This document shows positions 1-9,442 of a stretch of DNA of 64,000 nucleotides, piece by piece. Under the pieces are notes generated by a model. The model made no database searches. It saw only the letters and a list, made by a program, of their open reading frames with translations, and was not told where the DNA came from. The DNA is from Salinispira sp. (lineage in GTDB: Bacteria > Spirochaetota > Spirochaetia > DSM-27196 > Salinispiraceae), in assembly GCA_965602015.1 (NCBI GenBank), contig OZ271918.1, positions 2,688,001-2,752,000 of the forward strand, given 5' to 3'. The first letter of the stretch is position 1. Each line of letters opens with the position of its first letter. Position numbers and translations under genes: made by a program.

Positions 1-247
1 GCACGTAGAGCCCCTTGAGATAGCCGCCCCTCTCGGGAAAAGACAGCTGGGATTGCCGGGTGGAAACCAGGTTGCCTACCACCCGAACACTGCGCTCAAT
101 ATCGCCCCGCTGAACTTCCACGCTTCGGTACTGGGCCTGCTGGGGTTCGACCAGGGGAGGAGGGAGCATTTCCTGCTCCCGGGGCAGGAAAAAACAGCCG
201 CTGAAGCTTATCAGAACTGCCAGGACCCCGACGGCTGCCCGTGTCAA
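1..247 (-). CDS. Efflux/ABC membrane-fusion (periplasmic adaptor, HlyD-like) lipoprotein, 5' part only; runs off the left edge
   Basis: Not in the ORF track. Manual translation from TTG at 247 (GAGG RBS, overlapping the stop of the upstream gene) gives MTRAAVGVLAVLISFSGCFFLPREQEMLPPPLVEPQQAQYRSVEVQRGDIERSVRVVGNLVSTRQSQLSFPERGGYLKGLYV: a lipobox Cys plus the typical MFP N-terminal V.RGDI...V.G....LSF...G....YV pattern. Confidence 0.7.
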   Translation of the reverse strand, partial: MTRAAVGVLAVLISFSGCFFLPREQEMLPPPLVEPQQAQYRSVEVQRGDIERSVRVVGNLVSTRQSQLSFPERGGYLKGLYV

Positions 248-1779
248 TTCGCGCCTCGGTCTGCATCGGCGGGAAGCTGCATGTCAATCTGCTCCTGAAT
301 CAGGGAGAGCATGCGGCGGGTTCCCCGGCTTTCCATAAAATCCCGGTATTCCTGAATATCCTTTTCACTGAATACTCCAGTGCGAATCTTGGACATCGGA
401 CTGTTGTCAAAGGCGAAAAACCGCGCTCTGAAGTTGTCCATAACCCCGGAAAAATCGAAGACCATGGAAAAATGGGGCGGAAAGTAGCTGTTGTCGGCGA
501 TGAAGCTGCGGTAGGTTTCGATGCTTCCGGCTTCCATATCTTCGCTGTCGCGCTCGAGTGCGATGTTGAGAAAACTGTCCTTGCCCGCAAAGGCCAGGGC
601 CCCTTCGGGCAGTTCGGCATCGGGAATAACCCTCTCGCCATCGAGACGGTAGTGCTTCCCCTCGATGCCGTACATTAACAGGTCGTAGTGTTCCTGGCTT
701 CGGTGAAACCAGTCGATAAACTGCAGCACCCGCTCGGGATGCTCGCTGCTGCTGCTCACGGCGATACCCAGATCGAGATTGTCGATTCGCTGGGCCCGCT
801 GATCGGGAAACAGGGTGAAGCTCACATAATTCCATTCTGAACCTTCGGAGCTTATGTACGAGCTGAGAAACAGATCGTTGCCCCTCTGGGTCGTGATAAC
901 CGCCCAGCGGCCGGAATTGATAATCATGTAGGGATCGAGGCCGATGGACCGGCGGTCCAGGAAGCCCCGGTCCATCCAGTCCATAATTCTCCGTATGCCC
1001 ATTTCGTACTCATCGGTGTTTTCCCAGGCGGTGATGCGCATTTCCGGATCATCGGCCCGGTACACCAGCAGCATGCCCGTGTCGAGAATATTGTACCCCG
1101 AACTGGCGGCAAAGAGGGCGGTCGGATTGGCGCTCAGCGCCAGGGGGAACACATCGGAATCAGCCTCGGCGATGTTGGCCAGCAGGGCCTCCAGCTCGGA
1201 CCAGTTGCGAATTCCCGTAATATCGAAGCGGTTTACAAAATCCTCCCTCACCATTACGGTCAGCTTCGGCGCATAGGGAAGATACCCGGTAATCAGATAC
1301 ACATCGCCCCGTCGGGCCAGGGCATGGCGCAGTTCGCCTTCAATTACTGAGGTATAGGCCGGCATGTGCTGCTGCAACAGGTCGCCCAACGGCGCTACCA
1401 GACCCTGGGAAATCAAATCCCCGATGGCTACTCCGTTGAACATCATGTCGGGAAAGTACAAAAAGGCGTCAATTTCTCCGCCGCCTTCAAGAAGTTCGGG
1501 CAGGGATTCCAGGTACTCACCGAAGGGCAGGAAGGTGACCTCGAGCTCGAGGTTCAGGTCTCTTCGGGACTGCTTTTCAATCTCGTCAAACAGCTCGGTC
1601 ACATGGGGACTCGCCTCCCCGGGAAAGTACAAATGAAGGGTTTCGCGGCTACGGGATCCCGATGAAAGTTCACGATCGAGGTCTGCGAAAGGATCGTCAT
1701 CCCGGGCGCAGGAGATCATGCCTGCGGCGAATAATACGATGAGCAATGATACAATCAGCCGTTGGATAGTGCGGTACAC
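244..1779 (-). CDS. ABC transporter extracellular solute-binding lipoprotein (family 1, carbohydrate-type, DUF3502-like C-terminus)
   Basis: Signal peptide with lipobox MISC; AVSSSSEHPERVLQFIDW and LLMYGIEGKHY motifs typical of LplA-like binding proteins. Confidence 0.8.
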   Translation of the reverse strand: MYRTIQRLIVSLLIVLFAAGMISCARDDDPFADLDRELSSGSRSRETLHLYFPGEASPHVTELFDEIEKQSRRDLNLELEVTFLPFGEYLESLPELLEGGGEIDAFLYFPDMMFNGVAIGDLISQGLVAPLGDLLQQHMPAYTSVIEGELRHALARRGDVYLITGYLPYAPKLTVMVREDFVNRFDITGIRNWSELEALLANIAEADSDVFPLALSANPTALFAASSGYNILDTGMLLVYRADDPEMRITAWENTDEYEMGIRRIMDWMDRGFLDRRSIGLDPYMIINSGRWAVITTQRGNDLFLSSYISSEGSEWNYVSFTLFPDQRAQRIDNLDLGIAVSSSSEHPERVLQFIDWFHRSQEHYDLLMYGIEGKHYRLDGERVIPDAELPEGALAFAGKDSFLNIALERDSEDMEAGSIETYRSFIADNSYFPPHFSMVFDFSGVMDNFRARFFAFDNSPMSKIRTGVFSEKDIQEYRDFMESRGTRRMLSLIQEQIDMQLPADADRGAN

Positions 1780-1869
1780 TGGGGCCTCCTGATTTCTGGA
1801 ACGTATTCCCGGGGAAAACGGAAATATTTCTGTCCATAATATCAGAAAGCCGTGAATGGTCCAGGGATT

Positions 1870-2982
1870 TTATGGCTGAGGGCGATTTTTCCTCAGTTTC
1901 CCTCGTCTCGCAGGGGGGAGACGGCCAAGCCAGCCCTTCCTCCTGAAGAGAATGAGCATAACAACGCTCAAGGCTCCCATAATGCCCAGAAGCAGCGGAT
2001 AGCCGAAGGGCCAGGCGAGTTCGGGCATGTGAGCAAAGTTCATCCCGTAGATGCCGGCCATGAAGGTCAGGGGAATAAAGATAGTGGATATGACCGTGAG
2101 GATTTTCATAACCTCCGAAAGCCGGTAATTCTGGAGTGCGGTAAACAGATTCAGCTGATCACGGAGCATGTCGCGGTATGCAGTTGCGGCGGAACTGACC
2201 ATCTCCAGGTGATCCCTCAGGTCCGTGTAAAACGGCAGAACATCCGAATCTATTTCAGGCCCATCGGCCCCGAGCATAAGCGCAAGGGCGTCGTTCAGGG
2301 GCTGGACATGGCGGCGTATTTCCGCCACCGTGGACTTGGCCTTGCGGATCTCCCCGATTACCCCCGAATCCTGACGGTCGAATATCCGGTCTTCAAAATC
2401 CTCAATGCCGCCGCCCATAAAATCCGTTACGTGTATGTAGTTGTCCACCACCGCGTCCAGCAGGGCGAACAGAAGATACTCGGCGTCGCCGGAGCGGATC
2501 CTGCCGCTTCCGTCTTCGATTCGCCGCCTGATAGGCGCGAACACGTCTCCCGGAGCTTCCTGAAAACTCATAAGCACATTATCGAACTGGACCATGCTGA
2601 TCTGCTCCGTGAGGATGGTTTCTTTTTCCATCCTGAGCATTTTGGCGATAACGAAGCGGTAGCCCGGGTAGGTCTCAATTTTCGGCCGGTGACCAAAATT
2701 GGCGATATCCTCGGCGATGAGGGGGTGGATTCCGAAACGCTGTTGAATTGTGCCAAGCAGCTCGGAGTTGCGAAAGGCGGTAATGTTTATCCAATACACC
2801 CGGCGGGGGTCGGGCTGCCAGGCGCCGAGCTCGGCATGAGACAGAGAAAACGTTTCCCAGCCCGCAGCGTCCCAGCTGTAGCCCGTAATTTCAGCCGGAC
2901 CCTCATTTACCCCGTCCAGGCTGTGGATCGAACCCGGAATGCTGTGCAGCTTTATGTGCCTGGTTGGAACGAGTTTAGACAT
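1870..2982 (-). CDS. corA: Magnesium/cobalt transporter CorA
   Basis: IHPLIAEDI, RPKIE and C-terminal TM segments with the YGMNF..MPEL signature. Confidence 0.95.
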   Translation of the reverse strand: MSKLVPTRHIKLHSIPGSIHSLDGVNEGPAEITGYSWDAAGWETFSLSHAELGAWQPDPRRVYWINITAFRNSELLGTIQQRFGIHPLIAEDIANFGHRPKIETYPGYRFVIAKMLRMEKETILTEQISMVQFDNVLMSFQEAPGDVFAPIRRRIEDGSGRIRSGDAEYLLFALLDAVVDNYIHVTDFMGGGIEDFEDRIFDRQDSGVIGEIRKAKSTVAEIRRHVQPLNDALALMLGADGPEIDSDVLPFYTDLRDHLEMVSSAATAYRDMLRDQLNLFTALQNYRLSEVMKILTVISTIFIPLTFMAGIYGMNFAHMPELAWPFGYPLLLGIMGALSVVMLILFRRKGWLGRLPPARRGKLRKNRPQP

Positions 2983-3033
2983 GTGGTGGGTTTCCTCGCA
3001 ATTCTGAAAATGCAGGCTCCGTCGCCCGGACCA

Positions 3034-3486
3034 TCAGCCTTCCATGCCGATGGACAGCTGGAAGATAATTCCTTCGGCGTCGTAATAAAATTTTTCCAGC
3101 CCGGTTTCGTCACCGAATTCCTCTTCATCAAAAACTATTTGGGGAAAGGTGATATTGTATTTAGTGTTGCCTCCGAACAAAGAATGGAGGAAGTTACCCG
3201 CCAAAACATTGAGTATTTCCAAAAGGCAGTCGTCTATTTCCCGGGCATTGAGGGAGTCCCAATTCTCCGCATGAATGGTTTCCACCACCTGGCGCTTGAG
3301 GGCCAGGGGCAGCCGCAGGAGGATGGTGCCCCGAACGGGCCTGGTTATGTCGATGACGATGAGCTGACTTACATCCGGGGAGATTTCATGACTCTCGGTG
3401 CGGATAACATCGATGAAGGCCATATTGATAAAGGTCTGCTCAACCGCGGAGGTTATGGCCGATTCAATGCTCATTACGGTATTCAT
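3034..3486 (-). CDS. cheX: CheX-family chemotaxis phosphatase
   Basis: DCLLEILNVLAGN matches the CheC/CheX E-x2-N motif; last gene of the che operon. Confidence 0.7.
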   Translation of the reverse strand: MNTVMSIESAITSAVEQTFINMAFIDVIRTESHEISPDVSQLIVIDITRPVRGTILLRLPLALKRQVVETIHAENWDSLNAREIDDCLLEILNVLAGNFLHSLFGGNTKYNITFPQIVFDEEEFGDETGLEKFYYDAEGIIFQLSIGMEG

Positions 3487-3857
3487 AGGCTGCCCTCCAG
3501 ATACTCGGTGACCTTTTCCGGCGAGAGGGGTTTTTTCATGATTCCCTCGATACCGAAGTGGCTCAGTTCATTCTCCAGGGCTTCATTTCCCAGGGAAGAA
3601 ACGACCAGGACCTTCACGGCCTTTGTCGATTCATGGCTCCTGAGCTTTTTTATAAACGTGGTACCGTCCATCTTGGGCATTTTGATGTCGGAAACCACCA
3701 GATCGACGGTTTCGCTGTCCAGTACGGAAAGGGCATCCAGTCCGTCTTCAGCCTCGAGAAACTCGACCTCCGATAAACCGGCCATCTGAAAGCAGCGCTT
3801 AATGATCATCCGGGACGTGTTTGAATCATCTACGATGAGTATTCTCGAAAGGGCCAT
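3483..3857 (-). CDS. cheY: Single-domain response regulator (CheY-like)
   Basis: ILIVDDS, phosphoacceptor in VSDIKMPKMDG, KP motif; ATG at 3857 follows GGAGG. Confidence 0.85.
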   Translation of the reverse strand: MALSRILIVDDSNTSRMIIKRCFQMAGLSEVEFLEAEDGLDALSVLDSETVDLVVSDIKMPKMDGTTFIKKLRSHESTKAVKVLVVSSLGNEALENELSHFGIEGIMKKPLSPEKVTEYLEGSL

Positions 3858-3865
3858 GGTTCCTC

Positions 3866-4342
3866 CTAAATCTTCCATTCTGTCTTGGCGTTTGACACGG
3901 TAATCTCACCGCTGTCGATGTGCAGGCTGACGGTACGGCTGATTTTACCGCCGATGTCCTCTTTGAGAACTCCCAGCCCGTTCTTCCACAAGAAGCGTTT
4001 GACGGCTACTGCGTTCCGACGGCCGATATCGAAGGTGTTGTTGTCATCCATAATGCTCGCCCCGCCGGCGATTTTGACCTTCAGACTCCGTACCGGGCAG
4101 CCGAGTTTCTGCATTTCCTCCAGCAGGACCGGCAGCCCGGTGTCGGCGAAGTAACCCGGAAGCTTCCGGGCCTTTTCGGGATTGGTGGAGGCCTCGGGAA
4201 GGGCGACGTGGATCATGCCCCCGATTTTCCGCTGGGGGTCGTACATCATCACCGCCACGCAGGAACCCAGGGCATAGGTCTTGATAATGTCGCCCGGAGT
4301 CTTGCTGGCTTTAATATCCCCTATGCCCACATCATGCCTCAT
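3866..4342 (-). CDS. cheD: Chemoreceptor glutamine deamidase CheD
   Basis: TYALGSCVAV, GMIHVALP, KIAGGA, DIGRRN and EDIGG motifs. Confidence 0.95.
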   Translation of the reverse strand: MRHDVGIGDIKASKTPGDIIKTYALGSCVAVMMYDPQRKIGGMIHVALPEASTNPEKARKLPGYFADTGLPVLLEEMQKLGCPVRSLKVKIAGGASIMDDNNTFDIGRRNAVAVKRFLWKNGLGVLKEDIGGKISRTVSLHIDSGEITVSNAKTEWKI

Positions 4343-4376
4343 GCTCACCTCGCTCAGTATCAGTGTAATGCAGCAG

Positions 4377-5414
4377 CTACAGTTTTTGCAGAACTTCGAT
4401 GATGTTGTCGGTCATCAGGTGAAGCGGCGACTGTTTTTCCACCGCTCCGATATCGAAGGCCACATGGGGCATGCCGTAAATTACCGAGGACTGTTCGTCC
4501 TGCCCCAGGGTCCGGGCTCCGGCGCTGCGCATGGCCAGCAAACCCTCCGCCCCGTCGGAGCCCATTCCCGTAAGGATTACCCCAATGGAATTTGCGCCGG
4601 CCTGCTCGGCCATCGATGAAAACAGCACATCAACTGAAGGGCGGTGACCGCTCACCTTTTCCCCGCCTGAGACGGCAACCACATAGCGGCCGCCTGAGCG
4701 CTTGACCCGCATGTGAAGATCACCGGGGGCAATCAGAACGCTGCCCCGGATAATCCGGTCTCCGTCCGCCGCCTCTCTGACCTCCACGTCGCACACCTCG
4801 TTGAGTTTGTCCGCAAAAAGCTTGGTAAAGGTGGGGGGCATGTGCTGGACCACCACGGTTCCCGGCATGTCGGCGGGAAATGTCTGGAGCATTCTCCGCA
4901 GGGCGACGGTTCCGCCGGTGCTGGCCCCGATTCCGATAATTTTGTCCGTTCCCCCGACCAGGACCCGTTTTTTCTCAATGTTCCGGATGGAGAAGTTCTG
5001 CTGCTTGTACATCGACACGTCGGCCAACGCCGCCGCCTTCACCTTTTCAATAAGCAGGCCTATGGTATCCCTCAGGCCGGCGCCGAACGACGAACTGGGC
5101 TTGAGTACAAAATCCACCGCTCCGGCCTCCAGGGCTTCCAGGGTGGTGTGGGCTCCGGGACCGGTCATGGCTGAAACCATAATGACCGGGATGGGAAACT
5201 GGGGCATGAGCCTCTTGAGAAATTCGACGCCGTCCATCCGGGGCATTTCCACGTCCAGGGTCATGACATCGGGCTTTTTGTACACGATGAGATCCCGGGC
5301 CTGGTACACATCCGAAGCGCTTCCCACCACCTCTATGTCCGGGTCGCTTTCAAGTCCGTTTTTTAGTATTTGCCGAACCAGGGATGAATCATCGACTATC
5401 AGCACCTTTATCAT
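4377..5414 (-). CDS. cheB: Chemotaxis methylesterase CheB (REC plus methylesterase)
   Basis: MIKVLIVDDS REC domain; catalytic motifs GASTGG, QHMP and GSDGA; start moved to the ATG at 5414. Confidence 0.95.
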   Translation of the reverse strand: MIKVLIVDDSSLVRQILKNGLESDPDIEVVGSASDVYQARDLIVYKKPDVMTLDVEMPRMDGVEFLKRLMPQFPIPVIMVSAMTGPGAHTTLEALEAGAVDFVLKPSSSFGAGLRDTIGLLIEKVKAAALADVSMYKQQNFSIRNIEKKRVLVGGTDKIIGIGASTGGTVALRRMLQTFPADMPGTVVVQHMPPTFTKLFADKLNEVCDVEVREAADGDRIIRGSVLIAPGDLHMRVKRSGGRYVVAVSGGEKVSGHRPSVDVLFSSMAEQAGANSIGVILTGMGSDGAEGLLAMRSAGARTLGQDEQSSVIYGMPHVAFDIGAVEKQSPLHLMTDNIIEVLQKL

Positions 5415-5418
5415 TTCG

Positions 5419-6261
5419 CTAGCCCCTGCGCTGATATGCCGCCGGCGCGATATAGGAAAACTCGTCGCTCGTCCGGGTGATCGATTCGCTGTGTCCGATA
5501 AACAGGTATCCCGCATCGTGCATAACGCCGTGGAATTTGCGGATAAGCAGATTCTTGGTTGGCTGGTCGAAGTAGATCATCACATTCCGGCAGAACACGA
5601 TGTGAAAGCGGTTTTTGAAGGGGAATCGTTCCGACATAAAATTCAGCCGCCGAAACAGAATGAGATTCTTGAGCGCCGGTTTCGCCGCCAGCCTGCCGTC
5701 GGCCAGCCGGTCGAAGTACCTGCCAATAAGCTTGGACGGCACCATTTCCAGACGCCCGGCCTCGTAGCAGCCCTGCTGGGCGTGGCTCAGGGCCTCGGTA
5801 CTGATGTCGGTAGCTAGAATCAGGGGGTGGGCGGGTTTCACCGGCAGTTCAGTAAAGTGCTCGCGCAGCACGATGGCCAGGGTATAGGCCTCTTCGCCGG
5901 TGGCGCAGCCGGCGCACCACAGGCGAAGGTTTTGAGTCTGGCCTCCCAGCAGGCGGGAGTTTACGTCGTCAAGGGCCCGTTCCTGAAGGAGTTCAAAATG
6001 CGCCGGTTCCCGGAAAAAATAGGTGTGGTTCGTCGAGATTCGGTCGATGAGTTCGGTAAGCATAATGCCGCTGGCATCGTCTTTCAGGGCCTGGAAGTAC
6101 TCGGCGAAACTGTTCATTTCCTTGCGTCGGAGCACCTTGTTCAGCCGTCCCTGCACCAGGGAAATTTTCTTGTCCGTCAGATGAATGCCGAATTTTTCAT
6201 ACACCAGTTCGGCGATCATCTGAAATTCCTTTTGGCTGATCTGTACGATGCTGTTTACCAT
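5419..6261 (-). CDS. cheR: Chemotaxis methyltransferase CheR
   Basis: TNHTYFFRE, WCAGCATGEEAY, ATDIS, FCRNVMIYF and GHSES motifs. Confidence 0.95.
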   Translation of the reverse strand: MVNSIVQISQKEFQMIAELVYEKFGIHLTDKKISLVQGRLNKVLRRKEMNSFAEYFQALKDDASGIMLTELIDRISTNHTYFFREPAHFELLQERALDDVNSRLLGGQTQNLRLWCAGCATGEEAYTLAIVLREHFTELPVKPAHPLILATDISTEALSHAQQGCYEAGRLEMVPSKLIGRYFDRLADGRLAAKPALKNLILFRRLNFMSERFPFKNRFHIVFCRNVMIYFDQPTKNLLIRKFHGVMHDAGYLFIGHSESITRTSDEFSYIAPAAYQRRG

Positions 6262-6265
6262 CGAA

Positions 6266-9034
6266 TTACTCCAGCTCCATGCTCACCAGGGTTCCGGTAT
6301 CCACCACCAGGCAGACTTCCCCCCCTCCCATAATGCTGCAGCCCGAAACCGCTTTTACCTGGCCCATGTACTCAGGCAGGGCCTTGAGAACCAGCTGATG
6401 ATTTCCGATGATATTGTCCACCTTGAGCGCCACCTGCTTTCCCCGCCCCTGGGCAATAATCACCAGGCCGCCGTGCTCATCGTCATGCGGGCCGGAGCCG
6501 GCATCCGGTTCTGCGCCCCCGGCCGACGGACCAGGATCTATGCCGTAGAAATCGGCGATATCGATAACCGGATAGAGCTTGCCGCGGACATTGAGTACGG
6601 TTTTTCCCCGTTCGGTTTCCACAAACTGCGACGGACCGGGTTTTTGGAATTCAAGGATATCGATGAGGGGCAGGGAGAGAAGCATATCCTTCACCGTGAA
6701 GACGATGGCCTCGATAATCGCCAGGGTCAGCGGGATTTTCAGAATGAACTCGGTGCCCTGACCGGGTTCTGAGTTCACGCTCACCTTGCCCCGGAGCTTT
6801 TCTATATTTTTCTTGACCACATCCATGCCGACGCCCCGGCCGGAAATTTCCGAGACCGTCTCGGCAGTCGAAAAACCCGGTTCGAATATCAGCTGAAATA
6901 TTTCCTCGTCGCTGAAATCCCGGGATGCATCGCTGACGATTCCCCGTTCGGCGGCCTTGCTGAGGATTTTACCCCGGTCAAGGCCCTTGCCGTCGTCGAC
7001 GATTGATATCCACACCTCATTGCCCTCATAACGGGCCGCCAGGGTCAGCTGACCGGCGGGTTTTTTTCCAGCGGCTTTCCGGGCCGCCGGCTCTTCGATT
7101 CCGTGGTCGATGGCGTTCCGGATTATATGAACCAGGGGGTCTGATACCTCGTCGATGACGTTCCGGTCCATTTCCGTGTCATCGCCGCTCACATCCAGGA
7201 GTATTTCCTTGCGGAATTTCCGGGAGAGGTCCCTCACAAGGCGGCGCATTTTGTTAAACAGGCCCTCCAGGGGGATCATCCGGATGGCCATGGTAATCTC
7301 CTGGATTTCCCGGGTAACCTTGCTGAGAGTGGAACTGGCCCGGCGGAAATTTTCGAGATTCAGTTTCTCTATGTCGGGATTGTTCACCACCATGGCCTCA
7401 GCGGTAATCAGTTCCCCGACCATGTTAAAAAGCATGTCCAGCCGCTCGGTATCCACCCTGATATCCTGGCGTTTGCGCTTTTTCAGGATGTTCACTTCGC
7501 TCGCGCTGGGAGTTTTTCCCTGACGCTCGAGGGCCTTTGCCACGTCGCCCGGAGATACGGCGCCGTTTTGCACCAGGAGCTCCCCGACCTTCATATGCTG
7601 CTGCTCCAGGGCCTCCTTTACCACCTCTTCATCGACTACTCCCATCTCCACGAGGATTTCACCCAGCTCATGCTGCTCGGCCCGGGCGGGACTGAGATTC
7701 CCGGCGCCCGCCGGTTTACCCGCCGACGCCCCGGGGGCGTCTCCGCCGGCCGTTGGGGAGCCGGCGGCGCTTTTACCCGATGATTCGCCGGACGCGCCAT
7801 CTCCGCTTTTCCTCTCCCCCGGCGACGACAGTTCCCCGGGAAGGACAAGTCCCGAGCGGATAGCGTCCACCGCGCTGAGAATAGTCGTTATGCTTGCGGG
7901 ATCGACTTCCCGTGAATGCTTTCTAAAGGTATCGAGAAAACTCTCCAGCCCCATGCAAAGCTGCTCCACTTCGGCGTACTGGAAAAAGCCCGCATTGCCC
8001 TTTACGGTATGGACCGAACGAAAGGCCTCGTCGACGAAGGATATATTGCCCGGGTCTTTTTCGAGGTTGAGAATGGCGTGTTCGGTCTCGTCCATGAGAT
8101 CGCTGCTTTCGGATATAAACCCCTGAATCATTTCGTCGGTGAACAAATCCCCGTATCCCTCGGGCATTCCGGGCGCCGCGGGTTTTACGATGGAAAAGCC
8201 CGGATCCACCGGGGTTTCCACCACCCGGCCTGAGCCCGCATCCGCTGGCCGGATTTCCTTCGTCGAAGTATCCCCTTCGGCAGAACCGCTCGCGGCGGCG
8301 CTTCGGCCTTCCTCTATTTTGGCGATCATGGGCTCCACATTAATGGAGGATTTGAGAAACTGCCTCACCTTGCTCCGGTCAATGCGCTCATACCAGTCCT
8401 GAAGCTCGGTGATGAGGGAGGTGAGCACGTCGGTGGCTTCGAGCAGCACATCGCAGATCGACGAATCCATTCCCATTTTCCCGTTGCGAAGATCGTCGAG
8501 CATGAATTCCATGCTGTGCGCCAGCATTCGGATTTCCGGCAGATTAAGGAAGGATGAAACGCCCTTGATGGTGTGAACCGAACGGAATATGTCATTTACC
8601 AGCACCGGGTCCGGATCATTCTCATATGCCAGAATCCGCTCTTCAATATCGTCGAGATGGCTGACAGCTTCGACCAGGAATGAAGAGAGCACTTCAAGGT
8701 CGGTAGCCATCTGCTCCCGGGTTTTGGCACTGAGTTCTTCGCTTTCCGGGGGAGCTGCCGGAGCTGCCGGCCCATCATCGGAGGCCTCATCCGCCTGGGA
8801 TTCGAGCAGACTGTCGACGCGCTTGAGAATAGCGGTTTTAGCCCGCTGGTCGTTTTTCGCCCTTCCCGAGACCAGTTCCTCAGTCTTCGCCAGGATTTCC
8901 CCTAAGAGTTTTTTATGCTTCCCGGGAGGCCCCTCCCCGGCCAGCTGTTTGATTGCATCGACGATGCCGATGCCGCTGAGGAGGTCGCCCGGTGCAAAGG
9001 CCTCAATCTCCGAACGAATTGTTGCAAGATCCAT
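6266..9034 (-). CDS. cheA: Chemotaxis histidine kinase CheA with two Hpt domains and an MshEN-like insert
   Basis: Two Hpt motifs (FRSVHTIKG, FRSVHTVKG); IRVDTERLD dimerisation domain; HIIRNAIDHG and GRGVGMDVV HATPase motifs; C-terminal CheW domain. Confidence 0.95.
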   Translation of the reverse strand: MDLATIRSEIEAFAPGDLLSGIGIVDAIKQLAGEGPPGKHKKLLGEILAKTEELVSGRAKNDQRAKTAILKRVDSLLESQADEASDDGPAAPAAPPESEELSAKTREQMATDLEVLSSFLVEAVSHLDDIEERILAYENDPDPVLVNDIFRSVHTIKGVSSFLNLPEIRMLAHSMEFMLDDLRNGKMGMDSSICDVLLEATDVLTSLITELQDWYERIDRSKVRQFLKSSINVEPMIAKIEEGRSAAASGSAEGDTSTKEIRPADAGSGRVVETPVDPGFSIVKPAAPGMPEGYGDLFTDEMIQGFISESSDLMDETEHAILNLEKDPGNISFVDEAFRSVHTVKGNAGFFQYAEVEQLCMGLESFLDTFRKHSREVDPASITTILSAVDAIRSGLVLPGELSSPGERKSGDGASGESSGKSAAGSPTAGGDAPGASAGKPAGAGNLSPARAEQHELGEILVEMGVVDEEVVKEALEQQHMKVGELLVQNGAVSPGDVAKALERQGKTPSASEVNILKKRKRQDIRVDTERLDMLFNMVGELITAEAMVVNNPDIEKLNLENFRRASSTLSKVTREIQEITMAIRMIPLEGLFNKMRRLVRDLSRKFRKEILLDVSGDDTEMDRNVIDEVSDPLVHIIRNAIDHGIEEPAARKAAGKKPAGQLTLAARYEGNEVWISIVDDGKGLDRGKILSKAAERGIVSDASRDFSDEEIFQLIFEPGFSTAETVSEISGRGVGMDVVKKNIEKLRGKVSVNSEPGQGTEFILKIPLTLAIIEAIVFTVKDMLLSLPLIDILEFQKPGPSQFVETERGKTVLNVRGKLYPVIDIADFYGIDPGPSAGGAEPDAGSGPHDDEHGGLVIIAQGRGKQVALKVDNIIGNHQLVLKALPEYMGQVKAVSGCSIMGGGEVCLVVDTGTLVSMELE

Positions 9035-9049
9035 ATCAGCTCCTGAGCT

Positions 9050-9418
9050 CTACGCCGTGAGCATCTCTACTATTTTAACCAGGGCGGGTTCCTCGAAGGG
9101 TTTGACAATCCAACCGCTGACCCCCAGGTCCTTGCCCATGGATTTCTTGTCCGCTCCAGCCTCGGTGGTCAGGAACACCACCGGCGTCTTTGCATGGGCT
9201 GCCAAGCCCTTTAACTCTTTCACAAAGGTGAATCCGTCCATTTCGGGCATATTCACATCCACGATAAAAAGGTCAGCTTTCCCGTCGGCCTGTATCTTGG
9301 CCAGCGCATCCACCCCGTGTTCAGCCTCTCGTACCTCGTAGCCCGATCCCTCGAGAGTCTTTTTTACCAGCATCCGTATGGTTGCCGAATCATCTACGCA
9401 AAAAACCGTCTTGCTCAT
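9050..9418 (-). CDS. cheY: Single-domain response regulator CheY
   Basis: VDDSATIR, DVNMPEMDG, LTTE and WIVKPF motifs; lies directly upstream of cheA. Confidence 0.9.
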   Translation of the reverse strand: MSKTVFCVDDSATIRMLVKKTLEGSGYEVREAEHGVDALAKIQADGKADLFIVDVNMPEMDGFTFVKELKGLAAHAKTPVVFLTTEAGADKKSMGKDLGVSGWIVKPFEEPALVKIVEMLTA

Positions 9419-9442
9419 CTGTTTCCCTCCAACATTGAATAC

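Noticed and set aside
1852..3789. 645-aa plus-strand ORF
   Set aside because: Antisense shadow of corA, cheX and cheY in high-GC DNA; no motifs
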